A stretch of DNA of 63,820 nucleotides, filler included, from Octopus bimaculoides (taxonomy: Eukaryota): NCBI RefSeq assembly GCF_001194135.2. It is 5 parts of 5 records of this genome, joined end to end, with 100 filler letters (N's around TTAATTAATTAA, not from the genome) between each part and the next. Parts side by side here need not be neighbours in the genome. Positions count along the whole stretch, not along the records: positions 22,251 to 29,571 come from NC_068985.1; positions 29,672 to 55,821 come from NC_069006.1; 3 more parts are not named here. One strand, given 5' to 3'. Under the pieces are notes generated by a model. The model was not told the origin of the DNA and made no database searches. It saw only the letters and a program-made list of their open reading frames with translations. Of this stretch, positions 23,046 to 37,700 are shown piece by piece (position 1 is the stretch's first letter; the number at the start of each line of letters is the position of its first letter). A program made the position numbers and the translations under genes.

Positions 23046-24964
23046 TATTATGCCTTCCTTCCTGTCTGTTTTACCATCTCTCTCTCTCTCTTTCTTTCTC
23101 TCTCTCTCTCTTTCTCTTTCTCTCTCTCTCTCTATGTATCTGTCTCTATCTGTCTGTGAATCTATCTATCTGTTTATCTATCTACCTGTCTACCTGCCCA
23201 TCCATCTCTCTTTCTATCTGCTTATCTATTTCAAATATCTATTCATCCGTCTATCAATATACCTCTGCTCAGCGTATCGCTATCTCTGTATGGCTGCATG
23301 AACGTTCATATTTCCATGTGCCAATGTTTGTGTGGGTCCAAACACTTAGGAGCTTATCAAAACTATCGAGTTAAAAATATAACGAAGCTAACACATTTTA
23401 CTAAGATTCCGTCATGCTTATCGAATTAATGATTTCATTTTTCTGTCGAAATATTGAATTTCTATGAAAATACACCACAGTGTCAATAATTAAAAGAGAT
23501 CGTTATGTATTTGGAGAAATTGCATTTTGATGTATCTGAGTGTTTGAATCAGCATTTTTATGGCAAAACAGATTGAAACAATCTAGAAATCTAAGCAAGT
23601 AATGATTTTTCTTGTTCATTTTCGTCTCTTTTATCTTTTTCTTGTTTTTATCATTGAAATGTGGCAATGCTGGGGTACGACCTTGAAAGTTTTAGTTGAA
23701 TAAATCGACTTTGGTATTTATTCTTTCATTCTTTTTCTTCCATTTCTTTCAGTAATTTGACTGTAGCCATGCTGGAGCAACACCTTGAAGGATTTTAATC
23801 GAATAAATCGACACTAGGTCTTATTTCTTAAGCCTAGTAACTTATTCTCTATGTTCGGAGAGATACACACACCACACATATACACACACACCGCACATAT
23901 ACACACACACCGCACATATACACACACACCATATATACACACAGACTTTTTCTGTGTCTCTCTTTCACACACACACATGCACGCTTTCTCTCTATCTCTA
24001 TCTCTCTCACACACATATATATATATGTATGCATATATATAAACTACGCACATGTATATTCATATATGCACACATATTTATGCATACAGTTTTATATAGA
24101 CAAATATATATATATACCTTTACTTTTATCCTTTTAATATATATACATGCATACGTAAATATATATCTAAATGCATACATACAGGCATTGTTATACACAC
24201 ATACATACACATACGCCTACACACATATAATGACCTTCCCAAAGTTTCCACTGTTACTATGAAACGTTGACAGTCAGCCCCAAGTGTTGTGTTGATGGGT
24301 CTTGTTATCACGTGTGTGCATGTGTGTGTTTGTACATAATGTGTGTATATGCATAATTGTGTATATTAATGCGTTTGTTTGCATATATTGTCTTCAGAAT
24401 CACGTTTATATTACTTGGTAGCAACGTAAAATGTGAAGATTATATTCGCTACATAAATCATTGGTACAGAGAGTGTTATTTTAAGTAGAACGTTGTGTAG
24501 GACTGTAGGTGCTATAGCGACAGTAATAAGCTATGATGCAGTGACTATGTGTGAGAATACAGTTTTATTTCGCTGGCGAGTTCGGCATATATATTCAAAT
24601 GTTGATCTTATCGGAATCGTACATGTATCTGTCATGACATTTATCGATGTATATTTTTGAACACATTGGTATGTTTGTTGGTATATTTTATATATATAAA
24701 CGTATGTAAGTGTGTTTTGATAGAAATATGCTTGCGTGTGCATGTCTATATGAGGGTTTGTGTGCCTTCAACAAACACACACACACACACACATTTACAC
24801 TCACGCACAGACATACATACATGCATATGTATATGTGTGTGTGTGTGTGTGTTTGTGTGTTTGTGTGTGTGTGGGTGTTTGTGTGTGTGTGTGTGTGTAT
24901 GTGTGTGTGTGCGTTTGTGGAACTATGTCGCTCCATCATTCTCTCTAGTTATCTACATATATAT

Positions 24965-25480
24965 CACCGCTCTGATCCTGATAACTATCGACCTATCGTA
25001 TTCTCAGCCAATATCTCAAAGTTGATGGAGATAACCACTAACAATCTTCATCGGCGTTGACCCCCGCCTCTCATATCTTTCCTTTTAACTCTCCCTGTTT
25101 CTCTATACGTATATATGTATGTTTCTCCTTAACGGCCTCCAATCCAATTGACGGCAGATTTCTTGACGAATTATCTGCGTATGTCACACAGTAGTTAGCT
25201 CTCGTCCAAGAAGAATTTAATGAAAGCCATGTTGTCTAGAAATCAGCAAATTGCTCATGAAGCTTCTGGGAAAACGTGACGCTTATGAGCTTCAGTCCGT
25301 CATATATTTCTCTGTTTCGAGTGAATAGCTACGAAATCAGAGTATATTTTCACAGCTGATGGGGCTCTATCTCAACGATATCCTATGTAGTCAGATGTGT
25401 CCAACGGTTTGTGCCGTTCTCGTGAGTCCCTTTGCTCTTGTACAGCAGCGACCTTCCTGCATCAGCTCCAACCAACTTGA
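24965..25480 (+). mobile_element. CR1/L2-like LINE RT relic
   Basis: SDPDNYRPIVFSANISKLME and later LYLNDIL; very degenerate. Confidence 0.4.
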
Positions 25481-25859
25481 AAATTGTAAACACCTGAAAC
25501 ATAAGTTAATGTTGAAAATCCAAAAATAAAAACATATATATATATATATATATATGCTTGTATGGGTATGTGTGCATAATTACTCATATACATCTACCAA
25601 ATATTTGATCTTCTATGTAAAGAAGACTTGAACACATATTTCAGGACCTATATTGGATCATCAGTTCAGTTCCATTATAGCTTTACGCTGTGAATCTTTC
25701 ATTAACATTTCCACCTACGTACGGAAAATAGGATTACTATCATCTCGAATTAGTACAATGTCTAGCATTTACGATAGGTTGGAACCCATTGGAGGAGCAG
25801 TGTATAGATCATATCCATAACTCCATGAACTCACAATTACGAATCACTCATTATATACA

Positions 25860-26232
25860 CTTTTACTGTTTTATTTGTTTCAGTCGTTTGCCTGGCCATG
25901 CAGGAGCACCGCCTTTAGTTGAACAAATCGACACCAGAACTTATTTTCTGTAAGCCTAGTACTTATACTATCGGTCTCTTTTGCCGAGCCGCTAAGTTAC
26001 AGGGATGTAAACACAAGAGCATTAGTTGTCAAGCGATGGTGGGGGACAAACACAGACACGCAGAAATATATATATATATATATATACGACGGGCTTCATT
26101 TCAGTTACCGTCTACCAAATCCACTGCGAGGCTTTGGTCGGCCCGAGGCTATAGCAGAAGACATTTGCCCAAGTTGTCACGTAGTGGTGTTGAACCCGGA
26201 ACCATGTGGTTAAGAAGCAAGTTTCTTACCAC
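25860..26232 (-). mobile_element. SINE family A
   Basis: Reverse complement of the family A tail, (TA)n core and head. Confidence 0.85.
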
Positions 26233-27077
26233 ATGCATATACATATATATCTATATATGTGTACATGCATGCATACATACATACATACATACATACATAC
26301 ATACATACATACATACATACATACATACATACATACATACATACATTGGGCTTCTACACAATTACTTGTTATGAATTCTCTGACAAGGCATTGGTCAGCC
26401 CGAGATTATTCAAGAATACACTTGTCCGGGGCATCATGCATTGAGACCGTAACTGAGACCACGTGGCTGCAGAAGTTCCTTGAAGATAATCACGTGGGTA
26501 CAAATTTGGACTACCATGACATGGCTGATTTAGTTACTATGTCCTACCATGACTTGCACTCATTCCGGGCCCTTTTGATTCAACAAAGACAGGCAGGACA
26601 TTCATGAGATTGGTAGATGAAGTGTACCTAATCTTGTGTATTATACTTAAAACGTTGCTAAGCGATTTCATTGATATCGGACACTATTATAGACATAAGG
26701 CCCAATTCTACGATTTGAGGATTTCAATTTCTTCACTTCTTTACTCAATGATATTACTTTTAAAAAAAGCCCTATGGACGCTGTCCCTCCTCATCTGACT
26801 ATTCCTTTAATCCATTGGGGCGGTGGTAGTGATGGATGTTGTTGTGGGATTATGGTGTTGGTGTGACGATAAGGGTGGGTGTAGTAGTGTGATGTAGTGG
26901 GTGTAGTAGTGTGATGGTTGTAGTAGTGGAAATAATATGATGGTGTAAGGGGTTGTGAGATGGTGGCTGTAGATTTAGTGTAGGGATGTTGGTTATAGTG
27001 TAAAGGTAGCGATGGTGGTAGTAGTGGTAGTAGTGTTAGTGAGAAGTGTAAAAGAGGGATGCGAGAGAGACTGGTAG

Positions 27078-27119
<42 letters not shown>

Positions 27120-27121
27120 AG

Positions 27122-27152
<31 letters not shown>

Positions 27153-27164
27153 ATTTGATTGGTA

Positions 27165-27285
27165 CATTTTTATTCACCCCACATGGTTTCAGTTTCAATC
27201 TCACTGCGTGGCAATTTGGGCTGGTGTCTTCTGTTACACCCCAGGGCCAACCAAAACCTTCTGAATGGAAACTGAAAGAAGCGTG

Positions 27286-27321
<36 letters not shown>

Positions 27322-27331
27322 NNNNNNNNNN

Positions 27332-27373
<42 letters not shown>

Positions 27374-27670
27374 TCTGTCTGTCTGTGCGTATGTGTGAGT
27401 GTATGTGTTTGTGTATGTTTGTGTTTGCGTTTGAGTGTGCGTGGGTGTGTTTGTCTGTGTCTTTGCGTCTGTGTTTTTCCCTCCCCGCTGCTTGACAGAC
27501 GTTGCTTTTGTGTTTACGCCTTTGTGATATAGAGGTTCGGCAAAACAGAATGATATAATATGTACTAGGCTATGCAAAAAAAATAAGTACTGTGGTTGAT
27601 TCGTTCTAGGAAAAAATATTCAAGGCGGTTCCTTGACGTAGTCGCAATCTATTGACTGAAAGAAAAAAAA
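27165..27670 (+). mobile_element. SINE family A, diverged
   Basis: ..GGAAACTGAAAGAAGC (TA)n (TG)n TGTTTTTCC..GGTTCGGCAAAA..GACTGAAAG. Confidence 0.75.
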
Positions 27671-28980
27671 ATGTAAAGTTATATCTTGAACAGATCGGAA
27701 CACACATAGCAGAGATTTAAAACAAAGACCAAAAAGACTGTCTATCTGACGCATTTATTATTCAACAAATTCGCTGCCTTCCGTTTGAAAGTACCATCAT
27801 TGCATCACCGTTAGTAGTTTACGATACATTCGCATCTGCAATCTAACCACAGTGGCTTCCTTAGAATTATAACTAAAAGCAATAGATAGATATATTCTAC
27901 CATTATCAACTATGCCAAATGAACCTTGGCACCGGATTCTACGTAACGTATGACTATAGCGTTCCCCAACATAAAACGCGCTGTTACATGCTAATATGCA
28001 TCGCCGCCCATTTTAAATATCAGTCGCCATATCGCATCCTTTAATCGGCACAAACCTAGCAAACTCTATCATCTATTACAACTCCCACAAAATCAGACGC
28101 CGATGCTGCAGTAACACGGAAAAACTGGATTTATTCTTCAAATGTAATGTACTGATAAATATCACTCGAACACATTTAGCCATTTATGTTCTATTTTTCT
28201 TCAAAGAGAATTCAGTAATACGTGGTCGCTCCTTGAATCAAAATTATATAAATGTTTCGGTGGTTTGTGCGTGCATTGCGCTTGTATGTGTGTATGAATT
28301 GAGAAGATTACGACTCCGTTTAAAAGAGTGTCTTTGCGAGTGACTGCATTGATATGTGGGTACGTGTGTGTGTGTGTGTGTGTATGTGTGTGTGTGTGTG
28401 TGTGCGTGTGCGCGCGAGTGTGTGTGTAAATGCGTGCGTTTGAAAACTGGCGGAGAAATATGTGGGCAAACATAAATATTCACAAATATTCGTACCAGAA
28501 TATAAGTATTTATATCGAGATAAAACATTAATTTGAATACATGAATGTGTGTATATGTATATATTCATGCATGTGTATGGATATAGATGTATCCATACAC
28601 ATGCATACATACACGCACACACATATGCATACATACATACATACATACATACACACATACATACGTACATATGTACAAATGTGGAAATATATATATATAT
28701 TTATATATATATANNNNNNNNNNNNNNNNNNNNNNNNNNNNNNNNNNNNNNNNNNNNNNNNNNNNNNNNNNNNNNNNNNNNNNNNNNNNNNNNNNNNNNN
28801 NNNNNNNNNNNNNNNNNNNNNNNNNNNNNNNNNNNNNNNNNNNNNNNNNNNNNNNNNNNNNNNNNNNNNNNNNNNNNNNNNNNNNNNNNNNNNNNNNNNN
28901 NNNNNNNNNNNNNNNNNNNNNNNNNNNNNNNNNNNNNNNNNNNNNNNNNNNNNNNNNNNNNNNNNNNNNNNNNNNNNNNN

Positions 28981-29027
<47 letters not shown>

Positions 29028-29571
29028 CTATACATATATATTTACATATATACATACATATGTATATATACATACGTACATATACATAGACACACGAATA
29101 TAACACACACAGTTATATATACACATATATGCTTATGTGGTATGTGTATAAATTCATACGATCGTACATTCATACATGGATACATACATACACACATACA
29201 GAGACAGACACGAACGCAATCAAATTCTCACACAAACATACACACAATCACAAAAACACGTGCACTCACATTTGTATACACACATGCACACAGGCTTTCA
29301 TGATTATGAGGAACAGATAACAATCTGCCAAATGCAAAAATCACCAAAATGGCCCAAAGATTCCTCACCAATGATATACTGGTTCCTGCACAGTAATCTG
29401 TTGATATCTTGAAGAGCAACAGTTTCAACTGAAGCGATATTTCTTTTCCTCGATCTTTTCCTTTTCTTCATTCTCGTGTGTATCTGTGTGTGCCTGGGTG
29501 TGTCTATATATATATAGGTGTGTGTGTGTGAGTGTGCAAATATATATGTGTGTGTGTATATATATATATAT

Positions 29572-29671
29572 NNNNNNNNNNNNNNNNNNNNNNNNNNNNN
29601 NNNNNNNNNNNNNNNTTAATTAATTAANNNNNNNNNNNNNNNNNNNNNNNNNNNNNNNNNNNNNNNNNNNN
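29572..29671. other. Artificial scaffold join
   Basis: 44 N + TTAATTAATTAA + 44 N. Confidence 0.95.
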
Positions 29672-29709
<38 letters not shown>

Positions 29710-29710
29710 T

Positions 29711-29995
29711 GTGTGCGTCCGTGCGTCCGCACACAAGTGTATGTGTTGTGTCACGGAACAACAACAGTTTCTAAATTTTTGCCATCAGTTTTTTTTCTCC
29801 TTGACTCAGCTCGTTTGGTGTCGGCGGCGGAGAAACTATTTCCACCGACTCGTTTTGCACTTTGGGGCTTGCATCTACGCACCACACCACACTCTACCAC
29901 ACCCACATGTGCGCGTGCACACACTCACGAGCATACATCTGCTTCGTCTGTGTGTATGGATATGTGCATACACACGCACACATATATATATACAG

Positions 29996-30034
<39 letters not shown>

Positions 30035-30122
30035 TGTGTGCCCCTTCTCTCTCTAATCTCTCTTTCTATATATATAGAGAGAGAGAGAGAAAGAGAGAAG
30101 GCATACGTATGTATGTATGTAT

Positions 30123-30157
<35 letters not shown>

Positions 30158-30560
30158 NNNNNNNNNNNNNNNNNNNNNNNNNNNNNNNNNNNNNNNNNNN
30201 NNNNNNNNNNNNNNNNNNNNNNNNNNNNNNNNNNNNNNNNNNNNNNNNNNNNNNNNNNNNNNNNNNNNNNNNNNNNNNNNNNNNNNNNNNNNNNNNNNNN
30301 NNNNNGAGAGAGAGAGAGAGAGAGAGAGAAATGGTGGTGGTGGGGGGGCGGAGCAGAGATAAAGTTATAAAATTTACAAGAGTTGGATTGTAAGATCATG
30401 TCTGCCTAAATCCCCATATCATGTTTTGGCGGTGGTGGTCGTGGGGAGAGCCGGCTGTTGGTCTTTGAACAGAACTGGTTTGGTTTCCCCCCGTTTTGTT
30501 TATTTATCTAAGTGGCAGGGAGCGGAGGGCGTTGTGTGACTTTGAACTCAAAACCCTGCG
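29711..30560. promoter_or_regulatory. Candidate CpG-rich promoter/5' region at the edge of the CpG-depleted domain
   Basis: Non-repeat patches 29711-29950 (about 15 CpG) and 30420-30560 precede a long CpG-poor domain; no TSS or transcript evidence. Confidence 0.2.
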
Positions 30561-30734
30561 TTTGCAGTACAGGCAGCCATTAGTGTAGCCAGCAATGAAC
30601 TGGTTTGACCCTTTCCCAGACGGAGAAACAACTAAGAGAAAACTATGGAAGGCCATACAGTTTGGGCAACGTAAATATAAGGTCGGCTCTGTTAAGTTAC
30701 TTAAAATAGGGGTTAATGGGACAATTCGTTTATT

Positions 30735-30912
30735 CTTTTACTTGTTTCAGTCATTTTATTGTGGCCATGCTGGAGCCCTGCCTTTAGTCGAACAGATCGA
30801 CCCCAGGACTTACTCTTTGTAAGCCTAGTACTTATTCTGATGATTCTTTTGCTGAACCGCTAAATTACGGGGATATAAACACACTAGCATCGGTCGTCAA
30901 GCGATGGTGGGA

Positions 30913-30973
<61 letters not shown>

Positions 30974-31075
30974 GATGGGCTTCTTTCAGTTTCTGTCTAC
31001 CAAATCCACTCACAAGTATTTGTCAGCCCAATGCGATAATAGAAGACACTTGCCCAAGGTGCCATGTAGCGGGAC
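30735..31075 (-). mobile_element. SINE family A
   Basis: Reverse complement of tail, (CA)n core and partial head. Confidence 0.85.
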
Positions 31076-31399
31076 TGCTATTAAGTGAAATCTTACTTTG
31101 TGGTGGTGGCCCTAGAAGGAATGTCACACTCACAACATTTTCCTGACTTTAGTACACTGGTGTTTTGCCATTGTTTTAATCTGGAGTTCAATGTTTTGTT
31201 CTGACAGAACTAAACACATGACCTATGTACATCTAGATGGACTGGGCCTTCTTTTCTTACTTTTTTGAGGGTTACCCCATTTCTTCAGGTTATTTCAAAA
31301 CGTGGAGTAGGGAAAGTATAACATCATTGTGGAAAGAGGATAAAATGCTATTTGCATACATTATTATTGTTGTTGTTGTTGTTGTCATTATTATCATTT

Positions 31400-31950
31400 C
31401 ATTATTTAGTGAGAGAGCAGTGCATGCCATCAAAGTAACCCTGGGCTAAAATATACAAGGATACACCAGGCATCACAACCATATGTGCATGACGTAATGA
31501 TCTCATATCAAGACAAACAGAGCATGACCTTGCAGTGGGCAACAATGTGGTCAATGCTCTCAACTTTGTCCTTGCAGAGTCTACACTTTCCATAGTCTAC
31601 CTCGTTGTGTGTCACACAAGCTCGATTGTTTCGAGTGAGGAGATTCTGAATTCTACAAAAGCTATTCTATGCTTTCTTAGCATGGATGTTCTCTTGAGGT
31701 TGGGTGATAACAAGTCTCTTCAAATTTCAAGAATCTTTTTTGGGGGATTCTTGCACAATATAGGATGGTACTTTTCAGCAAGTCTGCATTATCTCAATTC
31801 CAATCTCTTTCTTTCTCTTAGATAACATTTTGGGTGTTATGCCAAGTGCACCAATTAGCACAAGAATAATTGTTGTTTTAGTCTTTCATCTTTTCATCTC
31901 TCCAGCTAAGTCTTGATATTTCTCAATTTTTTCAATTCCTTTGGCATCCT
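31400..31950 (-). mobile_element. Dong/R4 LINE 3' end
   Basis: KEIEKIEKYQDLAGEMKR..VLIGALGITPK..EIGIE; flanked by (TAA)n-type repeats. Confidence 0.7.
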
Positions 31951-32710
31951 ATTATTATTATTATTTTTATTAAAGTGGCAAGTTGGCAGAATTGTCAGCC
32001 AAATGGACTGCTGAACGCCAATTATTCCATCTTTACATTTTCTGTTGGTTGATTAATCATGGTGACGTAAACATTAAATTAATGTAGTGTTTGTCTACTG
32101 ACCGGACCGAAACTTCTGACCCCCTGCCTAGATGTTCCATTAACCCTAACCCCCCAGTAGACAATTCTTACTGTTCATTAATTCATCAGGCTTCTTCACA
32201 GTTTCTGCCACATGACTTTCAGAGATGTTGCTCCTTACTTCATACAACATTAATCCCTGACATAACTCTAACCTCAATCTTCTGATGTCCATTTGGGGCA
32301 AAAGATGTGTTGCTGTTGTCCAGTAAACATGTCACAGTGTTGTTGTTTTTGTTTTTGTCCAGAAAGCGACCATAACTGGGACAGTTCGTAGGGTGTAGGG
32401 GTGGGTAGGGGTCAGATGTCTGTAGGGACCATAAAGAAATGCTTGAGATGGGGAATGAGTGCCCTGAAAAAGCACTTTGAGAGGATGCAGTAGCTGATAT
32501 AATTTTGGGCATTCTGATGGTGACTCCTGACCCCTCTGAAAAAATGCTTTAAAGACATATTTTTTGGTTTCCCTTCTCTTTTTACTGATAACATATAAAA
32601 TATAAGATGTACATATAACACACACAACACACGCATACATATATATAACACATGCATATATGTGTATATACATATATATATATATATATGTATATACACA
32701 CACACACATG

Positions 32711-32746
<36 letters not shown>

Positions 32747-33409
32747 TGTATATATAAAATGTATATACTGCTTTATCAATAGATGAAGTGTCGAAGTGTT
32801 GTTTGTGAAGGAGGTGTTGGGGCAGGGGTAAAAATTAATTTTGATAAAATTTTCTATTTTATCACGATTTGGAATCTTTGATGTTTAAAACATTGAAACT
32901 TGAAGACTTGAAAAAAGTTTCGATGGAAAGCAAAATAAAAAGGAACCAAAATAAAAAGGAACCAAATTGGCTTATTTTTGAAATAATTCTTTCGTTTCAG
33001 AAATTCAAGGAAGATCAAGTTAGAATTTTTTAATGTTCTTTATTTATTGCTGGTCCCAGTTTTTAATTATATCACTTTTGATCCCTTTTATCCTGTTATG
33101 GAATCCCTAACAGAAAACATCTTTATCTCCCATCTTCTACCAGAAGCCATGAGAACCACTGCCTGGTACTGCGTCAAGGCATTTATTATTATTATTATTA
33201 TTAGTTGTAGTAGCAGTGCTAATAGTGTTATTGATGTCGTAGCAGGTTTTTGTTGTCAATTCTTAATAAGCTGACACCTCACCCATGACCATCTCCAATT
33301 TTTTTATACAGATATCCTGTATTTCAAACAGGAACAATAAAACTTGACACATTCTTTGTTTTCTTTTATGTGAGACACAAAGGATTTGGCTAAAAAGAAA
33401 TTCTATGTA

Positions 33410-33720
33410 AAGTGGCTGGTGTTAAGAAGGGCATCCTGGTGTAAAGCATGTCAAGCCGACCTTGCCGGTCGTTAAAAGCATGTCAAGCCGACCTTGCAGG
33501 TCGTTAAAAGCATGTCAAGCTGACCTTGCCGGTGCGGGTGCCACGTTAAAAGCATCCAGTCCACTCTATAAAGTGGTTGGCTTTGGGAAGGGCGTCCCAT
33601 CGTTGAAACCATGCCTCAACAGACAATGGAACCTGGAACAGTCCCCTGGCTTGCCAGCTTTTGTTGAACTGTCCAATCCATGCCAGCATGGAAAGAAGAC
33701 ATAGGATGATGATGATGATG
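33410..33720 (+). mobile_element. RTE-type 3' UTR repeat (family D) with a 32-bp x3 tandem
   Basis: AGAAGGGCATCC..CCATGCCAGCATGGAAAG..(GAT)n; tandem units start at 33443, 33475 and 33507. Confidence 0.75.
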
Positions 33721-34563
33721 AAAATATTTACATAAAAACTAACATAAGATGATAATAAAGAGATTATTGAAGAAATTAGGGGCCAGAAAGCTTTGTTGTT
33801 GTTGTTGTTAATTTTGAGCCACATCATCAAGTATGTTTTTGTGTAGTCGTAAAGCAGATTTAGCTGCTATTTCTAAAATATAGTCCTAGATTTAGCTGCT
33901 ATTTCTGACAGATTATGCAGTCCTATTGAGTACCCCCGCCATCACATTGCAGTTGTTGCTTAGCCCCAGGTCAGCCTTGACCCAGCCGACCTTCAATCAG
34001 AAGTATGCCAGCCATGACCATCCCATCTGTTAAGGAGTGTCTGGGCTTCGATTTTCTAATGTGTTGCCTGAAGGAAATTGACTGCTATTTCTAACAGATT
34101 CTGCAGTCTCAAACAATAGATTTTTTTTTTTCTTTTAACCTTTAGATGACAAAATATGGTTTGAGGAAGGTTTTACTCCTATTTCTAGCAAGAAGTGACT
34201 TTATACAGGCACCCTTCATGTCCCAGAGGGTTTTCGAAGTTTTACCGGTGGGGAAGGTGGGTAGGTGTGTGGGGGTAGTTTGGTATTAAGGGGGTTAATA
34301 TAAAAGCTGAGGCATGGCACCCCCCCCCCACAAACAACACCAGCAGTTTAAAAAACAAACAAACAAAAACAGGAAAAATAAAGAAATAAAAAAGTAAATA
34401 AAAGTTAGGAACTGTTCTTAGAAAGTCCCTAAAAAAAAGGTCAGGGGTCAAATAAGTTTGGTAAAAATTGGTGGAGCATTTTGGAGTTGAAGGTCAAAGT
34501 GGTGCCTTGTGAAGGTCAGACTGTTTTATAGACAAATAGACACACAGACAGACAGTCTCAGAC

Positions 34564-34598
<35 letters not shown>

Positions 34599-34799
34599 CA
34601 GAGAAATTACCATCACATTCTTGGTTCTTAATGGGGCACATAACAGCCTATTGTGTATGTGTGTGTATATGTGTGTGTGTCCATGTGCGTGTATGTGTAC
34701 CTGTGTATATGTGTGTATGTGTTAGTGAAGACTGCACCAGATCAAAATAGAAAGAAGCAGGAACATATAATTAACATGCCTCTCCTCCCATGCCACTCA

Positions 34800-34995
34800 C
34801 TACTAGTGGAATCATTAGCACATTGGACAAAATACTTAGTGGCATTTCTTCTGATTCCTGATGTTCTGAGTTCAAGCCCCACTGAGGTCCACTTTGCCTT
34901 TCCTCCTCTTGTGGGGTCAAAAAAAGTAAAGTACCAGGCACGTACTGGGGTTGATATTATTAACTTGCCCCTCCCCTCAAAAATTGTTGCTTCTG
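34800..34995 (+). mobile_element. SINE family B, CpG-decayed
   Basis: CATTAGCACATTGGACAAAATACTTAGTGG vs intact CGTTAGCACGCCGGGCGAAATGCTTAGCGG. Confidence 0.75.
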
Positions 34996-35088
34996 TGTCA
35001 GAAGAATTATGTTTGGTGATTATTGCGAAAGAGGTTTTGTGGTGAACAAGACTGGAACGACTGAAGACAGAGTTGTGAACCTTGTCAA

Positions 35089-35133
<45 letters not shown>

Positions 35134-35949
35134 TACAAATATTCTAATACATACACACGCATGCAGCCTGCTCTTATCTAAATAAACAAATGCACACACA
35201 AGCATACACTCGCACACATAAACGTAGACATATAGATACATATGCATACACACACATACAGTTATACATCAGCACACACATACACACACAGATATATATA
35301 TATATATTTATATATATATATATATATATATATACGCACACAGATATGCACACACATACACATGCATACACTCAGTTACACTCATACGTATACACAAAGG
35401 TATACCTCTTAGATACAAACATCAACACTCATGTACACACACACACACACACACACACTCTTAGAGACAATCACCTCCTGCCCCCTTCCTGTTGTAAGCC
35501 TGATCTTTCAAAGACCAACATGCTCTGCCAATTATCCCAGTGGTCAAGCCTTGACTTAATTGACCAATCAGTGATGGGTTAATTGGTTAGTGATAGGTTA
35601 ATTATCTCTCTCTCTCCCTTTGTACCATTCCTTCATCCAGGGAGGGACAGATAACAACTCCACTACTGGCGCCATCAGATCATACTTTGGAAAGACAGCA
35701 AGAGGGTAAAACGGTGGGGGTGGGGGAACTGGGGGGAGTCAGTTAATAGCTGTAATTAAAGAGGGGAATGTACGCACACATACATGCTTAAACACACATC
35801 TATTTACATGCTTCTATACCTAGACCCATACATGGCTACATACACACGCTTGTTCACAGACACACATCATTCGTGCACACAGACGTGTATTTATATGTAT
35901 ACACACATATGTATAATTAGAGGTACATACACATGCACATATGTTTGTG

Positions 35950-36042
<93 letters not shown>

Positions 36043-36637
36043 NNNNNNNNNNNNNNNNNNNNNNNNNNNNNNNNNNNNNNNNNNNNNNNNNNNNNNNNNN
36101 NNNNNNNNNNNNNNNNNNNNNNNNNNNNNNNNNNNNNNNNNNNNNNNNNNNNNNNNNNNNNNNNNNNNNNNNNNNNNNNNNNNNNNNNNNNNNNNNNNNN
36201 NNNNNNNNNNNNNNNNNNNNNNNNNNNNNNNNNNNNNNNNNNNNNNNNNNNNNNNNNNNNNNNNNNNNNNNNNNNNNNNNNNNNNNNNNNNNNNNNNNNN
36301 NNNNNNNNNNNNNNNNNNNNNNNNNNNNNNNNNNNNNNNNNNNNNNNNNNNNNNNNNNNNNNNNNNNNNNNNNNNNNNNNNNNNNNNNNNNNNNNNNNNN
36401 NNNNNNNNNNNNNNNNNNNNNNNNNNNNNNNNNNNNNNNNNNNNNNNNNNNNNNNNNNNNNNNNNNNNNNNNNNNNNNNNNNNNNNNNNNNNNNNNNNNN
36501 NNNNNNNNNNNNNNNNNNNNNNNNNNNNNNNNNNNNNNNNNNNNNNNNNNNNNNNNNNNNNNNNNNNNNNNNNNNNNNNNNNNNNNNNNNNNNNNNNNNN
36601 NNNNNNNNNNNNNNNNNNNNNNNNNNNNNNNNNNNNN

Positions 36638-36800
36638 GGTTGGCATTAGGAAGGGCATGCAGCTGTAGAAACCTTGCCAAATCAAACTGGAACCTGGTGC
36701 AGCCCCCTCGGCTTAACCAGTTTTCAGTCAAACCATCCAACCCATGCCAGCATGGAAAGCGGATGTTAAACGATGATGATGCTGATTATGTTGATGATGA
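36638..36800 (+). mobile_element. Family D (RTE 3' tail) fragment
   Basis: GGTTGGCATTAGGAAGGGCAT..CCATGCCAGCATGGAAAGCGGATGTTAAACGATGATGAT. Confidence 0.8.
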
Positions 36801-37076
36801 TGTCAAGTGTTAGTATTTCAACTGCAAAGCAAATAATTAAAATGACATTAATTCTTTATTGTTGTAATCTGTTTCTATTACACAACTCTAAATCTATTAA
36901 TCTGGTGAGATAATCCCCTCTTCCCTCTCCTCTCCCACTCAGTATGTGTGTGTATGAGTATTTGTGTATATCTATCCCCCCTCTCTCTCTTTGTATATAT
37001 ATATACACACACTCACTCTTGTAACCTATAGATGATGTTAGCAGTCGTTACATTGTAGTTGTTGACTAATGTATTC

Positions 37077-37117
<41 letters not shown>

Positions 37118-37434
37118 CCCCTTTTAATCTGCTCTGAGCTCCTTGCATGAAGATCATGATGTAATTTTCCTCCTGGATTAACAGGAATGAGATCCAGACA
37201 AGCTGCATATCTAATTGGATTGTCAGATTAAAACAACAACTCCTGTGGCCCACAAATGTTCTGCTTTGGCAGGTTCGATGACCTCTAAACCAACTTAACG
37301 TTTGCTTTTGTTAATGTTTTGTTAAACATGTTGGTTGTTCGGGAAGAGCAACCAACAGCATTGAGCCAAGGGGAGATAATTGGCTGGCATCAGTGAAATA
37401 ACCCAGCCTGCTACAGCTAAGTGACTGAAGAATT

Positions 37435-37700
37435 ATGTCATGGATTAGACTGTGGCCATGCTGGGGCACCAACTTGAAGAATCTGTGGTTGAATGAACTC
37501 GCCCAAATACTTATTTTTGTTTTAAAACCTGGTACTTGTTCTATCAGTCTACTTTGCTGAACTTCCATGTGAACACACCAATACTGTTTGTCAGTGGTGG
37601 TTGGGACAAACACACACATACACGATGGGCTTCTTTCAGTTTCCGTCAACCAAATCCACTCACAAGGCTTTGGTTAGCTCAAGTCTATAGCAGAAGAAAC
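37435..37700 (-). mobile_element. SINE family A, CpG-decayed
   Basis: GACTGTGGCCATGCTGG..CTTTCAGTTTCCGTCAACCAAATCCACTCACAAGGC. Confidence 0.75.

Noticed and set aside
25720-25830. Penelope RT-like words (PMGSNLS, MLDIVLIR) on the minus strand
   Set aside because: Too short and too closely spaced to support a call.
35545-35605. Cluster of three TTAATT homeodomain-like sites plus CCAAT
   Set aside because: Explained by a ~20-bp local tandem duplication; no conservation data.
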